Shown: piece after piece, positions 10,460 through 22,219 of the stretch
Numbering within the stretch: position 1 is the first letter of the stretch
Layout of the letters: each line of letters opens with the position of its first letter
NCBI GenBank assembly: GCA_965205865.1
Contig: CBDBHR010000026.1
Location: 1-64,000 of the forward strand
Length of the DNA stretch: 64,000 nt
Direction: 5' to 3'
From: a bacterium
GTDB lineage: Bacteria > SAR324 > NAC60-12
Notes under the pieces: model-generated
Told to the model about the DNA's origin: nothing
Seen by the model: only the letters and a program-made list of their open reading frames with translations
Databases searched by the model: none
Position numbers and translations under genes: made by a program

Positions 10460-11287
10460 TTGCAAAGGATCTTGACGATGATTTTTGAAACAGGAATTTG
10501 GTTGTGTATCGGTCTATATTTGATGGGCTGGAGCAGTCAATTTTCATTGTTTCAAAAGCCATTGAATCTTTCTCCCGTTCTCGAAATTCGTATTCTGCAA
10601 AGCGCCTGTCTGTTGCATGCGGGTATCTTGATTTTTATCGTATTCACCAACTCCTGGCCTGAGCGGCTTATTTCCGACCTGCTCAGCGCCATCGCCTGGC
10701 TTCCAGTTTTTTTTTATTTGCTACTGAGAAAATGGATAAACAGTGAGATCAGCGCCACCAGCATTCCACTTTTTACTGCTATTTTGTTGCTGATTTCCTG
10801 GGGTTTTCTGAAGCAGGATCTAGCGACACTCGCTTCGGTCCAGCAAGCTCCTCTTTTTCATCAAACTTTTTTGATCAGCCATATCACAACTTTGATTGCA
10901 GGATATATCCTTCTTGGACTATCCTGTATTTCCAGTATTTTATTTCTCTACCAGGAACGTCAAATCAAAACCAAACTCGTCAAAGTACTCGTACATCGCT
11001 TTCCTTCACTGACCACACTCGATCAAATCAGCTACCGTTCGGTCACTTTGGGATTTTTATTCCTCACCCTGGGTTTAATCTTAGGAATACTGCTCAGTGA
11101 TGGTTTACAAAGTACGCGAAATATGTGGCGTTTGGGGATTGTGTTGCTGGTTTGGTTGTTTTATGCGTCATTTCTGCTCGAACGATTCTTTCCGGGTCAC
11201 AAGCAACGATTTAGCGCAATTTGGTCCATCATCGGTTTTTTTCTGCTGCTGGCATCTTTGATTATAGAAATGGCCCATTTAATCTGA
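10460..11287 (+). CDS. Cytochrome c assembly protein family (CcsA/YpjD-like) membrane protein
   Basis: Multi-TM; SH..., LFLYQERQIK...RFPSLTTLD, GFLFLTLGLILG pattern; ATG 10478 is an alternative start. Confidence 0.75.
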   Translation: MQRILTMIFETGIWLCIGLYLMGWSSQFSLFQKPLNLSPVLEIRILQSACLLHAGILIFIVFTNSWPERLISDLLSAIAWLPVFFYLLLRKWINSEISATSIPLFTAILLLISWGFLKQDLATLASVQQAPLFHQTFLISHITTLIAGYILLGLSCISSILFLYQERQIKTKLVKVLVHRFPSLTTLDQISYRSVTLGFLFLTLGLILGILLSDGLQSTRNMWRLGIVLLVWLFYASFLLERFFPGHKQRFSAIWSIIGFFLLLASLIIEMAHLI

Positions 11288-11381
11288 CATTCCCACAGTT
11301 CTCTCAATCTGAACAGTTATCGCCTGGGTGTCCGCTGCTTCAAAAAGGTCACTTGGTGGGACAATAACAAACACTTGGTCC

Positions 11382-12491
11382 ATGCAAAAAGCAAGTTCCT
11401 CACTATACAAGCCCGGTATCCTTTACCTTGCCTCGACATTGTTGGTTTTGATTGCAGTGAGTGGAATTATCGTGCAACAAGATTTAGACCGTCGTTTGAC
11501 AGCTATTTTTTTTTCTCCTACGGAGGGGTGGTTGCTTGTCGATAGGCAACCCTGGCAATGGTTTTATGCTTATGGAACCATTCCAGGCTTGCTATTCACC
11601 ATTGGGACATTAGTGATTTTGTACCTGACCTACCTCAAACCGGCGCTCTATTCATGGCGCAGTTATCTCTTGATCCTGGTTTTGACCTCCGTCCTGGGTT
11701 CTGGCATCTTGGTCAATGCGATTCTGAAAGATCACTGGGGACGCACCCGACCCCGGCAAGTCGAGGAATTTGGTGGGAAATGGGAATACAGAGACGTGCA
11801 TCAGCCCGGCATTCCAGGAAAAGGGAAATCCTTCCCTTGTGGGCACTGCGCCATTTCCTATGTTTTTGTCAGCACAATCGTGCTTTTTCGAAAATCTCGT
11901 TGGATGGCATTGACGGGCACGGCCTCCGGTTTATTTTATGGCACTTTGATGAGCATTGCCCGGGTGGGTCAGGGGGGGCATTTTCCCACTGACGCATTGT
12001 GGGCGCTGGGAATCAACGTATTGCTAACCATCCTTTTATCCTGCTTCATTTTTCCTCATGCCAATGCATGGCTTCCTCATAAGATATTGACAGACAAGAA
12101 AAAGCGGACCAGGATGAGTCTTGTGTTGTTTTTGCTAATTGGAGTGATGGTTTTTTTCTTTTTGAGTCGCCGTCCAATCTTTGAAGACCACAAACACGGC
12201 CTGTCTCTGGATGCAACGGTGCAACGAGTGCAACTGCATACAAATGTGGATTGGGAAAATATCAGCATACGCTATCTGGATGAAGAAAAAGGATTCATTC
12301 AAACCATCATTCAAGGTTTTGGTTGGCCGACCTCGTTTCATGAAGTCAAAATCCAAGGCCTGTCCCAGACAAAAGAGATCTTAATTATCGATTACCAATT
12401 GCTGTCACATGGATATTTTTCTGAGCGGAATTTGAAGCTCTCTCTGCATTTGCCCAAACGGTTCAAAGACAAGGTTCTTGCCACGCCTTGA
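11382..12491 (+). CDS. PAP2-family membrane phosphatase with C-terminal soluble domain
   Basis: KDHWGRTRP, SFPCGH, ARVGQGGHFPTD motifs. Confidence 0.85.
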   Translation: MQKASSSLYKPGILYLASTLLVLIAVSGIIVQQDLDRRLTAIFFSPTEGWLLVDRQPWQWFYAYGTIPGLLFTIGTLVILYLTYLKPALYSWRSYLLILVLTSVLGSGILVNAILKDHWGRTRPRQVEEFGGKWEYRDVHQPGIPGKGKSFPCGHCAISYVFVSTIVLFRKSRWMALTGTASGLFYGTLMSIARVGQGGHFPTDALWALGINVLLTILLSCFIFPHANAWLPHKILTDKKKRTRMSLVLFLLIGVMVFFFLSRRPIFEDHKHGLSLDATVQRVQLHTNVDWENISIRYLDEEKGFIQTIIQGFGWPTSFHEVKIQGLSQTKEILIIDYQLLSHGYFSERNLKLSLHLPKRFKDKVLATP

Positions 12492-12526
12492 ACCCAAAAT
12501 AAATATGAATTCAGCCCCGTCTGACG

Positions 12527-13267
12527 ATGAATACGGAAGCAGCAAAAGGAACTTTGTTTATCATTGCTACTGCAATTGGCAATCTGGAAGACATGACTTG
12601 GCGGGCGATTCGTATGTTGGGTGAAGTGGATGTCTTGGCCTGCGAAGACACACGACGGACTCGAAAGATTTTTGAACGTTATGACGTTCCACGTCCAAAG
12701 ACGATCCTTTCATACCACGAACACAATGCCGAAAAGTCGGGAACGCAAATCCTCCGATTTCTGAAACAGGGATTTTCGGTGGGATTGTGCTCCGATGCGG
12801 GATTTCCCGGCATCAGTGATCCAGGGTATAAAATTGTTTCCGCATCTCTTGAAGCAGGCTATGAAATAGATGTGATCCCGGGACCCAGTGTGGTCCCAAC
12901 AGCCCTGGTTGCTTCAGGATTGCCTACAGCCAGCTACCTCTTCAAAGGCTTCCCTCCCCATAAATCAGGACCGCGGAAAAAGTTTATTGAAATGGAAGCG
13001 ACTATACCCCACACATTGGTTTTTTTCGAATCTCCCCACCGGATACGCCTGTTCTTACGAGATGCGTTTGCCATTCTGGGCAATCGCAGAGCAGCCGTCT
13101 GTATGGAGTTGACCAAAAAATTTCAACTGGTACATCGAGACTATCTCGCAGATCTCAGTGAAATGTTTGCTGAAAGAAAGCCCAAAGGGGAAATAACGGT
13201 GGTCATTGCAGGGAATCATCCCAAATTCATCAGGGAAAAAGAAGCTTTTAGGAAAACACCATTTTAA
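12527..13267 (+). CDS. rsmI: 16S rRNA (C1402-2'-O)-methyltransferase
   Basis: IGNLED, ACEDTR, SDAGFPGISDPG, FESPHR, ELTK. Confidence 0.95.
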   Translation: MNTEAAKGTLFIIATAIGNLEDMTWRAIRMLGEVDVLACEDTRRTRKIFERYDVPRPKTILSYHEHNAEKSGTQILRFLKQGFSVGLCSDAGFPGISDPGYKIVSASLEAGYEIDVIPGPSVVPTALVASGLPTASYLFKGFPPHKSGPRKKFIEMEATIPHTLVFFESPHRIRLFLRDAFAILGNRRAAVCMELTKKFQLVHRDYLADLSEMFAERKPKGEITVVIAGNHPKFIREKEAFRKTPF

Positions 13268-13557
13268 TTGCAGAGGGGGGAGGCAGATAAACAGGGTTAG
13301 CTTCATCAAGAGTTTCATTTCGTCAGTCGTTGAACGAGTGGAATGCAAGAACTCTAAATCGTGGATCATCCTCCTCTGCAAGCAGAAACAGGAAAATTGC
13401 GCAGAATTCATTAAAGCTAATCTCTGACGATGGCATCGCGCAAACTTTTGAATTTGGGGCTCTCCGCTCATGAAAATTGGCATATTTCTGGCAAGAATCA
13501 TTGCAACATCGTGATACTGATTAAGATTATAACCTATAAAATTGAAGGAGCGTTATT

Positions 13558-13887
13558 ATGAGCTGGTTTCCCCGACTCAAAGCGACACAAGAACCGGAAG
13601 AAAATCCTATTATGTACCTTTCCCCCGAAGCTATGCGTCACGTCTATATCATGTCGGTTGAAGACTTCGAGGAGTTTCAGAATTCCCCGGAGTTCATACC
13701 AGGAGGCCGCTTGATGGAAGTGTACCGTCAATATAGCTATACTTTGCGTAAAGTTGCGGACCTGCGGGAGGAAGCCTTGAGTGTAACGGACGATTGGAGA
13801 ATTGGGGAACAAAAAAAGGACAAGGGCCCTTCCCTGGAAGAAGAGGATGAGTTTTCCGCCAACCAGTTTGAAAGCATGGACCGCTAG
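13558..13887 (+). CDS. Hypothetical acidic protein
   Basis: 109-aa ORF with AAGGAG SD, fills the gap converging on clpB. Confidence 0.6.
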   Translation: MSWFPRLKATQEPEENPIMYLSPEAMRHVYIMSVEDFEEFQNSPEFIPGGRLMEVYRQYSYTLRKVADLREEALSVTDDWRIGEQKKDKGPSLEEEDEFSANQFESMDR

Positions 13888-13925
13888 AAAAAGGCGATAA
13901 GCTCAATCATCCTCATGCTGTTGAT

Positions 13926-16517
13926 TCAATTTTGTTGACGGAAGACAATCGCCCCTTCTTCAGCATCTGCCAGAATCTGTTGCCCGTCCATGATCGTACC
14001 TGCCAGAATCTCCTTTGCCAGGGGAGTTTCGATCTCCTTTTGGATCGCTCGTTTCAAGGGTCTTGCTCCGTAGACCGGATCAAATCCCAATTTTGCCAAC
14101 AATTCGGCTGCTTGCTCACTGAGAACCAATTGGATTTGACGATCTGACAATCGTTTTTGCAGTGACTGTAATTGTATGCCGACAATGGCTTTTATCTGTT
14201 CGCGCTCCAAGGGATGAAAGAGAATTATGTCATCCACGCGATTGAGAAACTCCGGACGGAAATGTCTGCGCAACTCTTGTTCCACTGCGCTTCTGACGGC
14301 CGAAAAATCGGTCGATGTCTCCCCTGTGAGTAAATGATTTCCCAGATTGGACGTCATGATCACCATGGTATTTTTGAAATCAACGGTTCTTCCCTGGGAA
14401 TCCGTCAAACGCCCATCATCCAGCAACTGCAACAGAACATGAAACGCATCATGATGGGCTTTTTCAATTTCATCAAACAAAACAATGCTATATGGACGGC
14501 GTCGCACTGCTTCCGTCAATTGCCCGCCTTCCTCATATCCCACATATCCCGGAGGCGCGCCAATCAATCGGGCGACTGCATGCTTTTCCATATATTCCGA
14601 CATATCAATGCGAATCATGTTCTGCTCGTCATCGAATAAAAACTCAGCAAGTGCCCGCGCCAATTCCGTTTTGCCAACCCCGCTTGATCCCAGAAAAAAA
14701 AAGCTTCCAATGGGACGTTTGGGATCTTTGATGCCGGAACGCGCCCGGAGGACGGCATCTGAAACTCCTTGGATGGCTTCTTCCTGACCAACAACTCGCT
14801 GATGCAGATGCTCAGGAAGTTTCAACAACTTTTCCGACTCTCCTTCCAGCATTTTTTGTAAAGGAATTCCTGTCCAGCGTGAAACAATCTCTGCCACGTC
14901 TTCGGCATCGACTTCTTCCTTCAATAAACGCGAATTTGTCAGATTTCCCGCATGTTGATTTTCTTCGAGTTTTTTCTCCAACTGGGGAAGCTTTCCGTAC
15001 TCGAGTTGGGCAGCCTCTTCCAGATTGTAGCTTCTTTTTGCGTGTTCGACTTTGAGACGAACATGTTCGATTTCCTGTTTGAGATTTCTTGCTTGATGAA
15101 GTTCTTCTTTTTCTTGTTGCCATCGGATGGTGAGGGCGTCCAGTTGATTTTTCAACTCTGCCAGTTCTTTGGAATGCTGTTCCAGTCGCGCCTTGGAGGC
15201 AGGATCCTTTTCTTGCTTCAGGGCTTCCCGCTCGATTTCCAATTGAAGCGCTCGGCGGGAAATCTCATCCATTTCTGCTGGCATCGAATCAATTTCAACC
15301 CGAAGTTTTGCGGCAGCTTCATCAATTAAATCAATAGCTTTGTCTGGAAGAAAACGGTCATTAATATATCGATGGGACAATGATGCTCCAGCAATCAATG
15401 CGCTGTCTTTTATGCGGACGCCATGGTGGATTTCATAACGCTCTTTCAATCCTCTCAAAATTGAAATGGTGTCTGACACATCCGGTTGTGAGACCAAGAC
15501 TTGTTGAAAACGACGTTCCAGTGCCGGATCTTTTTCAATGTATTTTTTGTACTCATCCAAGGTGGTTGCTCCAATGCAGTGCAATTCACCACGCGCCAAC
15601 ATCGGCTTGAGGAGATTTCCGGCGTCTATCGCCCCTTCTGCTTTGCCAGTCCCCACCACAGTGTGCAATTCATCTATGAACAAAATAATTTTTCCTGCCG
15701 AATTTTGTACTTCGTGTAGGACTGCTTTCAAGCGCTCTTCAAATTCTCCCCGAAATTTTGCTCCGGCAATCAAAGCTCCCATATCCAGCGCGATGATTTT
15801 CTTTTCCCGCAAACTTTCCGGAATGTCCCCCCGGGATACACGCTGGGCCAATCCTTCTACAATAGCCGTTTTCCCTACGCCCGGCTCCCCAATAAGAACC
15901 GGGTTGTTTTTCGTGCGGCGGGAAAGGACTTGGATCACCCGGCGAATTTCATCATCCCGGCCAATCACCGGATCCAACTTTCCCAGATGCGCCATTTGCG
16001 TCAAATCCTTGCCATACTGCTCTAACGCCTGATAGGTCGTCTCCGGATTCACGGACGTGACCCGTTGATTTCCACGAACCTCTTTCATGACCTGCAATAC
16101 ATCCTGACGCAGAATACCTTTTTGTATGAAATATTTACCGACATCACCTCTTGATCCCTCCGCAATCAACGCCAGCAATACATGCTCGACACTGATATAA
16201 TCATCATGGAATCCCTGAGCCTCATCCTCGGCCCGAACCAACGTCTGACTCATTGCTCCCCCGACATAGACCTGCCCTGCCGCTTCACCACCCATTAGTG
16301 AAGGAAGTTCCTTGACCTTCTTCCCTATCTCCCCTGCCATAATTGCCGCATCCTTGCCCATCTTCTCGAGAATCCTGGGAACCAGTCCCTCCCCTTGCTC
16401 CATCAGCCCCTGCAGTAAATGCCAGTTCGATATCTCACCGTTCCTCCCTCGAATCGCCGCTGCCCGCGCTGCTTCAATCGCTTCTAATACACGCTCTGTC
16501 ATCTTTTGCGCATTCAT
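13926..16517 (-). CDS. clpB: ATP-dependent disaggregase ClpB
   Basis: Two AAA+ domains ([16 protein letters not shown]), middle coiled coil, [18 protein letters not shown]. Confidence 0.97.
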   Translation of the reverse strand: MNAQKMTERVLEAIEAARAAAIRGRNGEISNWHLLQGLMEQGEGLVPRILEKMGKDAAIMAGEIGKKVKELPSLMGGEAAGQVYVGGAMSQTLVRAEDEAQGFHDDYISVEHVLLALIAEGSRGDVGKYFIQKGILRQDVLQVMKEVRGNQRVTSVNPETTYQALEQYGKDLTQMAHLGKLDPVIGRDDEIRRVIQVLSRRTKNNPVLIGEPGVGKTAIVEGLAQRVSRGDIPESLREKKIIALDMGALIAGAKFRGEFEERLKAVLHEVQNSAGKIILFIDELHTVVGTGKAEGAIDAGNLLKPMLARGELHCIGATTLDEYKKYIEKDPALERRFQQVLVSQPDVSDTISILRGLKERYEIHHGVRIKDSALIAGASLSHRYINDRFLPDKAIDLIDEAAAKLRVEIDSMPAEMDEISRRALQLEIEREALKQEKDPASKARLEQHSKELAELKNQLDALTIRWQQEKEELHQARNLKQEIEHVRLKVEHAKRSYNLEEAAQLEYGKLPQLEKKLEENQHAGNLTNSRLLKEEVDAEDVAEIVSRWTGIPLQKMLEGESEKLLKLPEHLHQRVVGQEEAIQGVSDAVLRARSGIKDPKRPIGSFFFLGSSGVGKTELARALAEFLFDDEQNMIRIDMSEYMEKHAVARLIGAPPGYVGYEEGGQLTEAVRRRPYSIVLFDEIEKAHHDAFHVLLQLLDDGRLTDSQGRTVDFKNTMVIMTSNLGNHLLTGETSTDFSAVRSAVEQELRRHFRPEFLNRVDDIILFHPLEREQIKAIVGIQLQSLQKRLSDRQIQLVLSEQAAELLAKLGFDPVYGARPLKRAIQKEIETPLAKEILAGTIMDGQQILADAEEGAIVFRQQN

Positions 16518-16589
16518 CGCTCTCCTCCTTCCTGCTCCTTAGATTTCTATCGTCTCGCCTTCGTCCCGAAAAACTTGTTTTTTAAATTG

Positions 16590-16616
16590 TTAGCACTCAC
16601 TTTAAAAGAGTGCTAA
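16590..16616. promoter_or_regulatory. CIRCE element (HrcA operator) overlapping the clpB promoter
   Basis: Perfect TTAGCACTC-N9-GAGTGCTAA; minus-strand TTGACA (16627-16622) - 17 bp - TAAAGT (16604-16599). Confidence 0.95.
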
Positions 16617-16708
16617 CAATTTGTCAACAAAAAAACGGATTGAAAAAAAAGAGACTTGTTTTAATTTATTCAGAAAATTGGATTGATAGAGTGCTGCTCC
16701 CGCCCACT

Positions 16709-17932
16709 CTACTTTCGAGAGTGACTATCTGAAGTAGCATTTAAAAATTCTTCACGCAACAGCGATAGGATCCGATCGCGATAATTGCGTTTTTGATTGA
16801 GCATAATAACAAAGTAACGTCTGTGGGGTGGAGCGGAAAGATAGCCGGCCATGGTGTAAACGCCTTTCAGGGTGCCTGTTTTCAGGCGAAGGTTTTGCTG
16901 TTTGGTAAGGAGGGCGCGATGAGGGTGAAAGGCTTTTAACAGTTCAAGCATGGCCAGGGCATTGATACGATTTTTGCGGGAGATTCCCGATCCTTCTGTC
17001 ACTTGAAACCGGGCTGGGGGGATTTTGACCACGGTTTCCAGAAAAGTGCGCAGAGCTTCCACTCCGGTTTCCAGGCGTGCGGGGCTGCCAAAGTGTTGCA
17101 ATCCCGTGGTGAGAAGCAATTGATTGGCAATGAAATTATTGGAATAGCGCATCATGCTTTCGATGGTATCGCGCAGAGTGCGCGGATTTTGGTAGACAAA
17201 AATCAGTTGATCCTCAGGGGTGGTGGTCCGAATTTCAATTTGGCCGGAAACCGTTATGCCTTGCTGACCTAAAAATTCCTTCATCAACCCCCCCAAATAG
17301 GGTAAAATATATTGGCTTTGCCGGGAAATATTGATGCGATGCTTGCCGGGAGGCAGCCCTTTTGCCAACTCGAGGGTCAAGGGGATCAGCGGTGTTTGCT
17401 GTTCTGCAGAACTAATTTTTTGATCCTTATCGACCATCACATGTACAGTATTGAAATTGGCTGCCAGAGCACCGTTCAATGCGTCATATGGATTGAGAGA
17501 ATTCTCAACTCCCGGAATGAAGATATCCGGAACAAATGAAGAAGCATCCAAATTGATATTACGCAAGGTTTCAGGAACGCTGCGATGCTGTGACAATTTG
17601 ATAGCAATTGCCTTTAATTCTTCAGAAACCAATTGAGGATCGCCATATCCCCGGACTGTCAGATCGTTTTCTTTGCTGAGATAGAATTCGGTTTTGTAAT
17701 GGTAATTCATTCCCAGGTAATGCAGTGCTGCCAAGGCCGTTGCCAGTTTTAGAATCGAGGCGGGCACCAGCATCTTTTCGGCGTTCAAACTATAAAGGAT
17801 GGCTTGGTCATCGGCAACCAAGACGCTTCCGTTTTCGACGTAATGCGATAATTTGTCCTGCAACCCCGTGGCAATAAGAGGAAGGGGGAGCAAACAAATG
17901 ATGATCAACATGATTCCTGATTTTTGATGCAT
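16709..17932 (-). CDS. dacB: D-Ala-D-Ala carboxypeptidase/endopeptidase (PBP4, peptidase S13)
   Basis: PASILK (SxxK), SNN, KTG; GSGISR; signal peptide. Confidence 0.9.
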   Translation of the reverse strand: MHQKSGIMLIIICLLPLPLIATGLQDKLSHYVENGSVLVADDQAILYSLNAEKMLVPASILKLATALAALHYLGMNYHYKTEFYLSKENDLTVRGYGDPQLVSEELKAIAIKLSQHRSVPETLRNINLDASSFVPDIFIPGVENSLNPYDALNGALAANFNTVHVMVDKDQKISSAEQQTPLIPLTLELAKGLPPGKHRINISRQSQYILPYLGGLMKEFLGQQGITVSGQIEIRTTTPEDQLIFVYQNPRTLRDTIESMMRYSNNFIANQLLLTTGLQHFGSPARLETGVEALRTFLETVVKIPPARFQVTEGSGISRKNRINALAMLELLKAFHPHRALLTKQQNLRLKTGTLKGVYTMAGYLSAPPHRRYFVIMLNQKRNYRDRILSLLREEFLNATSDSHSRK

Positions 17933-18157
17933 GGCCTGATAAGAAAAGCGAAGGGGACTTTGCCTGGACTGTGAAAGTCAAACAATCACTGGTTTTGCAA
18001 GCATCATTTTATATTATTGATTGCAATAAGTCGCAATCATTCTCTCTTCTCCGAGATTCTACATAACTTTAACTTTTCACTGACATTCGTGTATAGTGGC
18101 TCTCGAAATCAATTGACTCTCAATTCATGCGACCCAATTTTTTCAAATGGAGACTCT

Positions 18158-20104
18158 ATGGAATCGGCAAAACTATTTGATATTCCGGAATCATTCAAGA
18201 AAACTGCTCTCATCGACAACGAAACGTACCTCGAGATGTACCAAGAATCCCTTGATAATCCTGAAGGGTTTTGGGCAAAACAAGCGGAGAGGCTGCATTG
18301 GTATAAAAAGTGGGATAAAGTTTGTCAGTACGATTATCATAAGGCGGAAATCGCTTGGTTCCTGGGTGGCAAATTGAATGTGGCATATAATTGTATTGAT
18401 CGTCATTTGGCTGCAAAAAAAAATCAGGCCGCCCTGATTTGGGAAGGAGACAATCCTCACGAATGCAAAACCTTCACCTACCTTCAATTATATCGGGAGG
18501 TGTGCCGTGCAGCCAATGTTTTGAAAAAGCACGGATTGCGCAAAGGAGACCGGGTTTTGATTTATCTGCCGATGATTCCGGAACTGGCTATTTCTGTGCT
18601 GGCCTGCGCCCGCATTGGAGTCATCCATTCGGTTGTCTTTGGTGGATTCAGCGCCGAAGCATTGAAGAGCCGGATTTTGGATTGTGACCCCAAGCTCCTC
18701 ATCACTGCCGATGGTGGCTTTCGTGGAGAAAAACCAGTGCCTTTGAAAGCCAATGCGGATGCAGGTCTGCAAGGAACCCGGGTTCGAACTTGCCTGGTTG
18801 TCAAACGGACCGGCGAAGCGGTATCCATGGAAAGCCCTCGGGATTTTTGGTGGCATGAGGAAACCACGGCATCGGATATTGCTGCCGATTGCGTTGCAGA
18901 AGAAATGGATGCGGAAGATCCTTTATTCATCCTGTACACATCCGGTTCCACTGGCAAACCCAAGGGAGTGCTGCACACTTCCGGTGGTTATCTCACCTAC
19001 ACTTCCATGACCCATGAATACGTCTTCAATTACCGGGATGGTGACACCTATTGGTGCACGGCCGATATAGGTTGGGTCACTGGACACAGTTACATCGTTT
19101 ACGGCCCTTTGGCCAACGGAGCGACGACGCTCATGTATGAAGGAGTGCCTAATTATCCGGATTGGGGACGGTTTTGGGATATCGTCGACAAACACCAAAT
19201 CAATATTTTATACACTGCTCCTACCGCCATTCGCGCCATTGCCAAGGAAGGCGACGAACATGTGAAAAAAAGAGAACTCAGCTCTCTACGCTTATTGGGA
19301 ACGGTGGGAGAGCCAATCAATCCGGAAGCCTGGATGTGGTATCACAATGTCGTGGGCAAAGGAAAATGTCCGATAGTGGATACCTGGTGGCAGACCGAAA
19401 CAGGGGGGATCTTGATCACTCCCCTGCCTGGGGCAACTCGTACCAAGCCCGGCTCCGCCACTCGTCCCTTTTTTAGCATACAACCGGCAATGCTGGATAA
19501 CGATGGCAAAGAAATAGAGGGACCGGGTTCGGGGTATTTATGCATCAAAGCGCCTTGGCCCAGTCAAATGAGAGGGGTCTATGGTGATCAGAAACGCTTT
19601 TATGAGACCTATTTCAGCCAGTATCCCGGATATTATTTCACGGGAGATGGCTGTCGTCGTGATGAAGACGGCTATTACTGGATCACCGGACGGGTCGATG
19701 ATGTGATTAATATATCCGGTCATCGTCTGGGAACTGCTGAAGTGGAATCTGCCCTGGTGCTCCATGAAAATGTTGCCGAAGCCGCGGTTGTGGGATTTTC
19801 CCATGAAATCAAAGGACAGGGATTGTATGCCTATGTGACTCTCAATACAGGCGTCGACGAGAGTGAGGAACTCAAAAAAGAACTCGTTGCGCTGGTGCGT
19901 CATGAAATTGGCCCGATCGCTACGATCGATTTCCTGCACTGGGCGCCTGGACTTCCTAAAACCCGAAGCGGCAAAATCATGCGTCGGATATTAAGAAAAA
20001 TTGCAGAAGGTGAAGCTGAAAATGTCGGAGATATCTCGACCCTGGCCGACCCTGCCGTGGTTTCACAATTGCTGGACAACCAACCTCCTCGAAAGAAAGG
20101 CTAA
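18158..20104 (+). CDS. acs: Acetyl-CoA synthetase
   Basis: [37 protein letters not shown] before ATG 18158. Confidence 0.97.
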   Translation: MESAKLFDIPESFKKTALIDNETYLEMYQESLDNPEGFWAKQAERLHWYKKWDKVCQYDYHKAEIAWFLGGKLNVAYNCIDRHLAAKKNQAALIWEGDNPHECKTFTYLQLYREVCRAANVLKKHGLRKGDRVLIYLPMIPELAISVLACARIGVIHSVVFGGFSAEALKSRILDCDPKLLITADGGFRGEKPVPLKANADAGLQGTRVRTCLVVKRTGEAVSMESPRDFWWHEETTASDIAADCVAEEMDAEDPLFILYTSGSTGKPKGVLHTSGGYLTYTSMTHEYVFNYRDGDTYWCTADIGWVTGHSYIVYGPLANGATTLMYEGVPNYPDWGRFWDIVDKHQINILYTAPTAIRAIAKEGDEHVKKRELSSLRLLGTVGEPINPEAWMWYHNVVGKGKCPIVDTWWQTETGGILITPLPGATRTKPGSATRPFFSIQPAMLDNDGKEIEGPGSGYLCIKAPWPSQMRGVYGDQKRFYETYFSQYPGYYFTGDGCRRDEDGYYWITGRVDDVINISGHRLGTAEVESALVLHENVAEAAVVGFSHEIKGQGLYAYVTLNTGVDESEELKKELVALVRHEIGPIATIDFLHWAPGLPKTRSGKIMRRILRKIAEGEAENVGDISTLADPAVVSQLLDNQPPRKKG

Positions 20105-20396
20105 CCGAACGCAATGCGCTCCGCTCGAGCACCGGGTCAGGCCGCTGAATCTCCCGCTCAATGCCAGGGAGACCTCCGCCTTTGGTGAGAGGCGGAAGAC
20201 AGGGGAGCGCTGAAGCAGTTCCCCATCATAGAGGTCATTATGTTACAAAAAATGGCGGGTGTTTTGAAGGTACCGCCCGCTGGCCTTGAGGAAAAGAGAG
20301 CTTGCATGACCCCCATATTGGATCGTACGATTGCAGGAAGAGAAAAACAGTGATAAACTGGTGGCCGTTATTTCAGATTGAGGAAAAAAGGAGGTT

Positions 20397-20921
20397 ATGA
20401 GAAGATTTTGGATCATTTGGTTGATGGGAGGAGTGAGCTTTTTGCTGAGCCATGGGGCAGTTTATGGGCAACAAATGCTCGGATTTACCCAGGAAGATCG
20501 AGAGCGCATCATTCGGCTGGAAACCACCTTAAATCTCTTTATGGAAGCTACCGATCAACGCTTTGAACAGGTGGACCAGCGCCTTCTCGAATTACGGGAA
20601 GATATGAACAACCGCTTTGCGCAGATGATGACCATGTTGCAACTGATTGCCGGCATTTTTACCGCCCTGACTCTGGGAGTGATCGGCTTTGCTTATTGGG
20701 ATCGACGCACCATTATTCGCAAAGCAAAACAAGACACCCTGGAAACGCTGGCGGGGGAGGCCGCCCCTAAAGAATAAGCGATCATCGACCGGGCTGTGGC
20801 TCGAGCGGTGCAAGAAATCAAAAAAGACAATCGTCTGCAAGACTTGCTCTCGGCTTTACGCAAACTGGCCGTCACCGACCCGCCTCTGGCCAACGTGCTC
20901 AAAGAATTTCATTTATTGTAG
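20397..20921 (+). pseudogene. Coiled-coil membrane protein copy 1 with premature stop
   Basis: GAA->TAA at 20775-20777 relative to copy 2; homologous frame continues to TAG 20919-20921. Confidence 0.8.
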
Positions 20922-21354
20922 TTTTCATCACGCTCCTCAAAACAGTATTCCACCAATGAAGTCCTCAAATGTTGTTTTGAAATGGGGTCATTCATTACCA
21001 CCTCCTCTTTTTGAAGGCCAAAAGAACACGTTAAGAGAGCTTTCAGAAAGTGAGCGCAAGATCTATGAGGAGCAACTATTTTTATGGCGCTCGCCTCCAT
21101 TGAGGATCACACAAAAGAAAAGATGGCAAGTGGTTTCGCGACACGGAAGACAGAAAACGGGGAACCCTCGAAGCTGTCCCCCATCCCGGAGGCAAGTATG
21201 CTAAAAAAAATGGCGGAAGTCTGGCAGGCACCACCCGCTGGCCTTAAGGAAAAGAGAGCTTGCATGACCCCCATATTGGATCGCACGATTGCAGGAAAGG
21301 AAAAACAGTGGTAAACTGGTGGCCGTTATTTCAGATTGAGGAAAAAAAGAGGTT

Positions 21355-22062
21355 ATGAGAAGATTTTGGATCATTTGGTTGATTGGAGGAGTGAGCTTGT
21401 TGCTGAGCCATGGTGCAGTTTATGGGCAACAAATGCTCGGATTTACCCAGGAAGATCGAGAGCGCATCATCCGGCTGGAAACCACCTTAAATCTCTTTAT
21501 GGAAGCCACCGATCAACGCTTTGAACAGGTGGACCAGCGCCTTCTCGAATTACGGGAAGATATGAACAACCGTTCAGAGCAGGTGGACCAGCGCCTTCTC
21601 GAATTACGGGAAGATATGAACAACCGTTCAGAGCAGGTGGATCAGCGCCTTCTCGAATTACGGGAAGACATAAACAAACGCTTTGAACAAGTAGATAAGC
21701 GCTTTGTCGAATTACGGGAAGACATGAACAAACGCTTTGAACAAGTAGATAAGCGCTTTGAACAGATGATGAATACCTTGCAACTGATTGCCGGCATTTT
21801 TACCGTCCTGACTCTGGGTGTCATCGGATTTGCCTATTGGGATCGACGCACCATTATTCGCAAAGCAAAAGAAGAGACCCTGGAAACGCTGGCAGGGGAG
21901 GCCGCCCCTAAAGAAGAAGCGATCATCGACCGGGCAGTGGCTCGAGCGGCGCAAGAAATCAAAAAAGACCATCGTCTGCAAAACTTGATCACTGCTTTAC
22001 GCAAACTGGCTGCCACCGACCCGCCGCTGGCCAACGTGCTCAAAGAATTTCATTTATTGTAG
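21355..22062 (+). CDS. Signal peptide + coiled-coil stalk + TM anchor protein (architecture reminiscent of DUF1640/CCDC90-like proteins)
   Basis: N-terminal hydrophobic segment, 18-aa repeats, TM LIAGIFTVLTLGVIGFAYW followed by DRR. Confidence 0.75.
   Translation: MRRFWIIWLIGGVSLLLSHGAVYGQQMLGFTQEDRERIIRLETTLNLFMEATDQRFEQVDQRLLELREDMNNRSEQVDQRLLELREDMNNRSEQVDQRLLELREDINKRFEQVDKRFVELREDMNKRFEQVDKRFEQMMNTLQLIAGIFTVLTLGVIGFAYWDRRTIIRKAKEETLETLAGEAAPKEEAIIDRAVARAAQEIKKDHRLQNLITALRKLAATDPPLANVLKEFHLL
21520..21756 (+). repeat. Intragenic tandem repeat, 4 x 54 bp + 21 bp
   Basis: Units encode (F/S)EQVD(Q/K)R(LL/FV)ELRED(M/I)N(N/K)R. Confidence 0.95.
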
Positions 22063-22219
22063 CTTCCATCACGCTCCTCAAAACAGTATTCCACCGATGA
22101 AGTCCTCAAATGTTGTTTTGAGGTTCTGCCTCGTTCCATGTTTGGAGAGAGGAATGCTTGTAGCGCTCCGCACTCCTGATTCTTTCCAAACTTTCAAGCT
22201 TGACCCCGAAATAAAGTAA

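Larger units (their letters stand above)
20205..22122 (+). repeat. Tandem duplication: copy 1 ~20205-20980, copy 2 ~21160-22122
   Basis: Upstream region, CDS and downstream hairpin are near-identical in both copies; copy 2 is 183 nt longer from internal repeats. Confidence 0.9.

Noticed and set aside
13476-13505. Sigma-54-like TGGCA..GC motifs before the 13558 gene
   Set aside because: One has wrong spacing (N11) and the other a non-consensus -12 element
20990-21150. Possible Rpn/PD-(D/E)XK C-terminal remnant (NTLRELSESERKIYEEQL)
   Set aside because: Too short and broken to call
21520-21756. 54-bp repeats as a CRISPR array
   Set aside because: Contiguous in-frame coding repeats with no unique spacers and no cas genes
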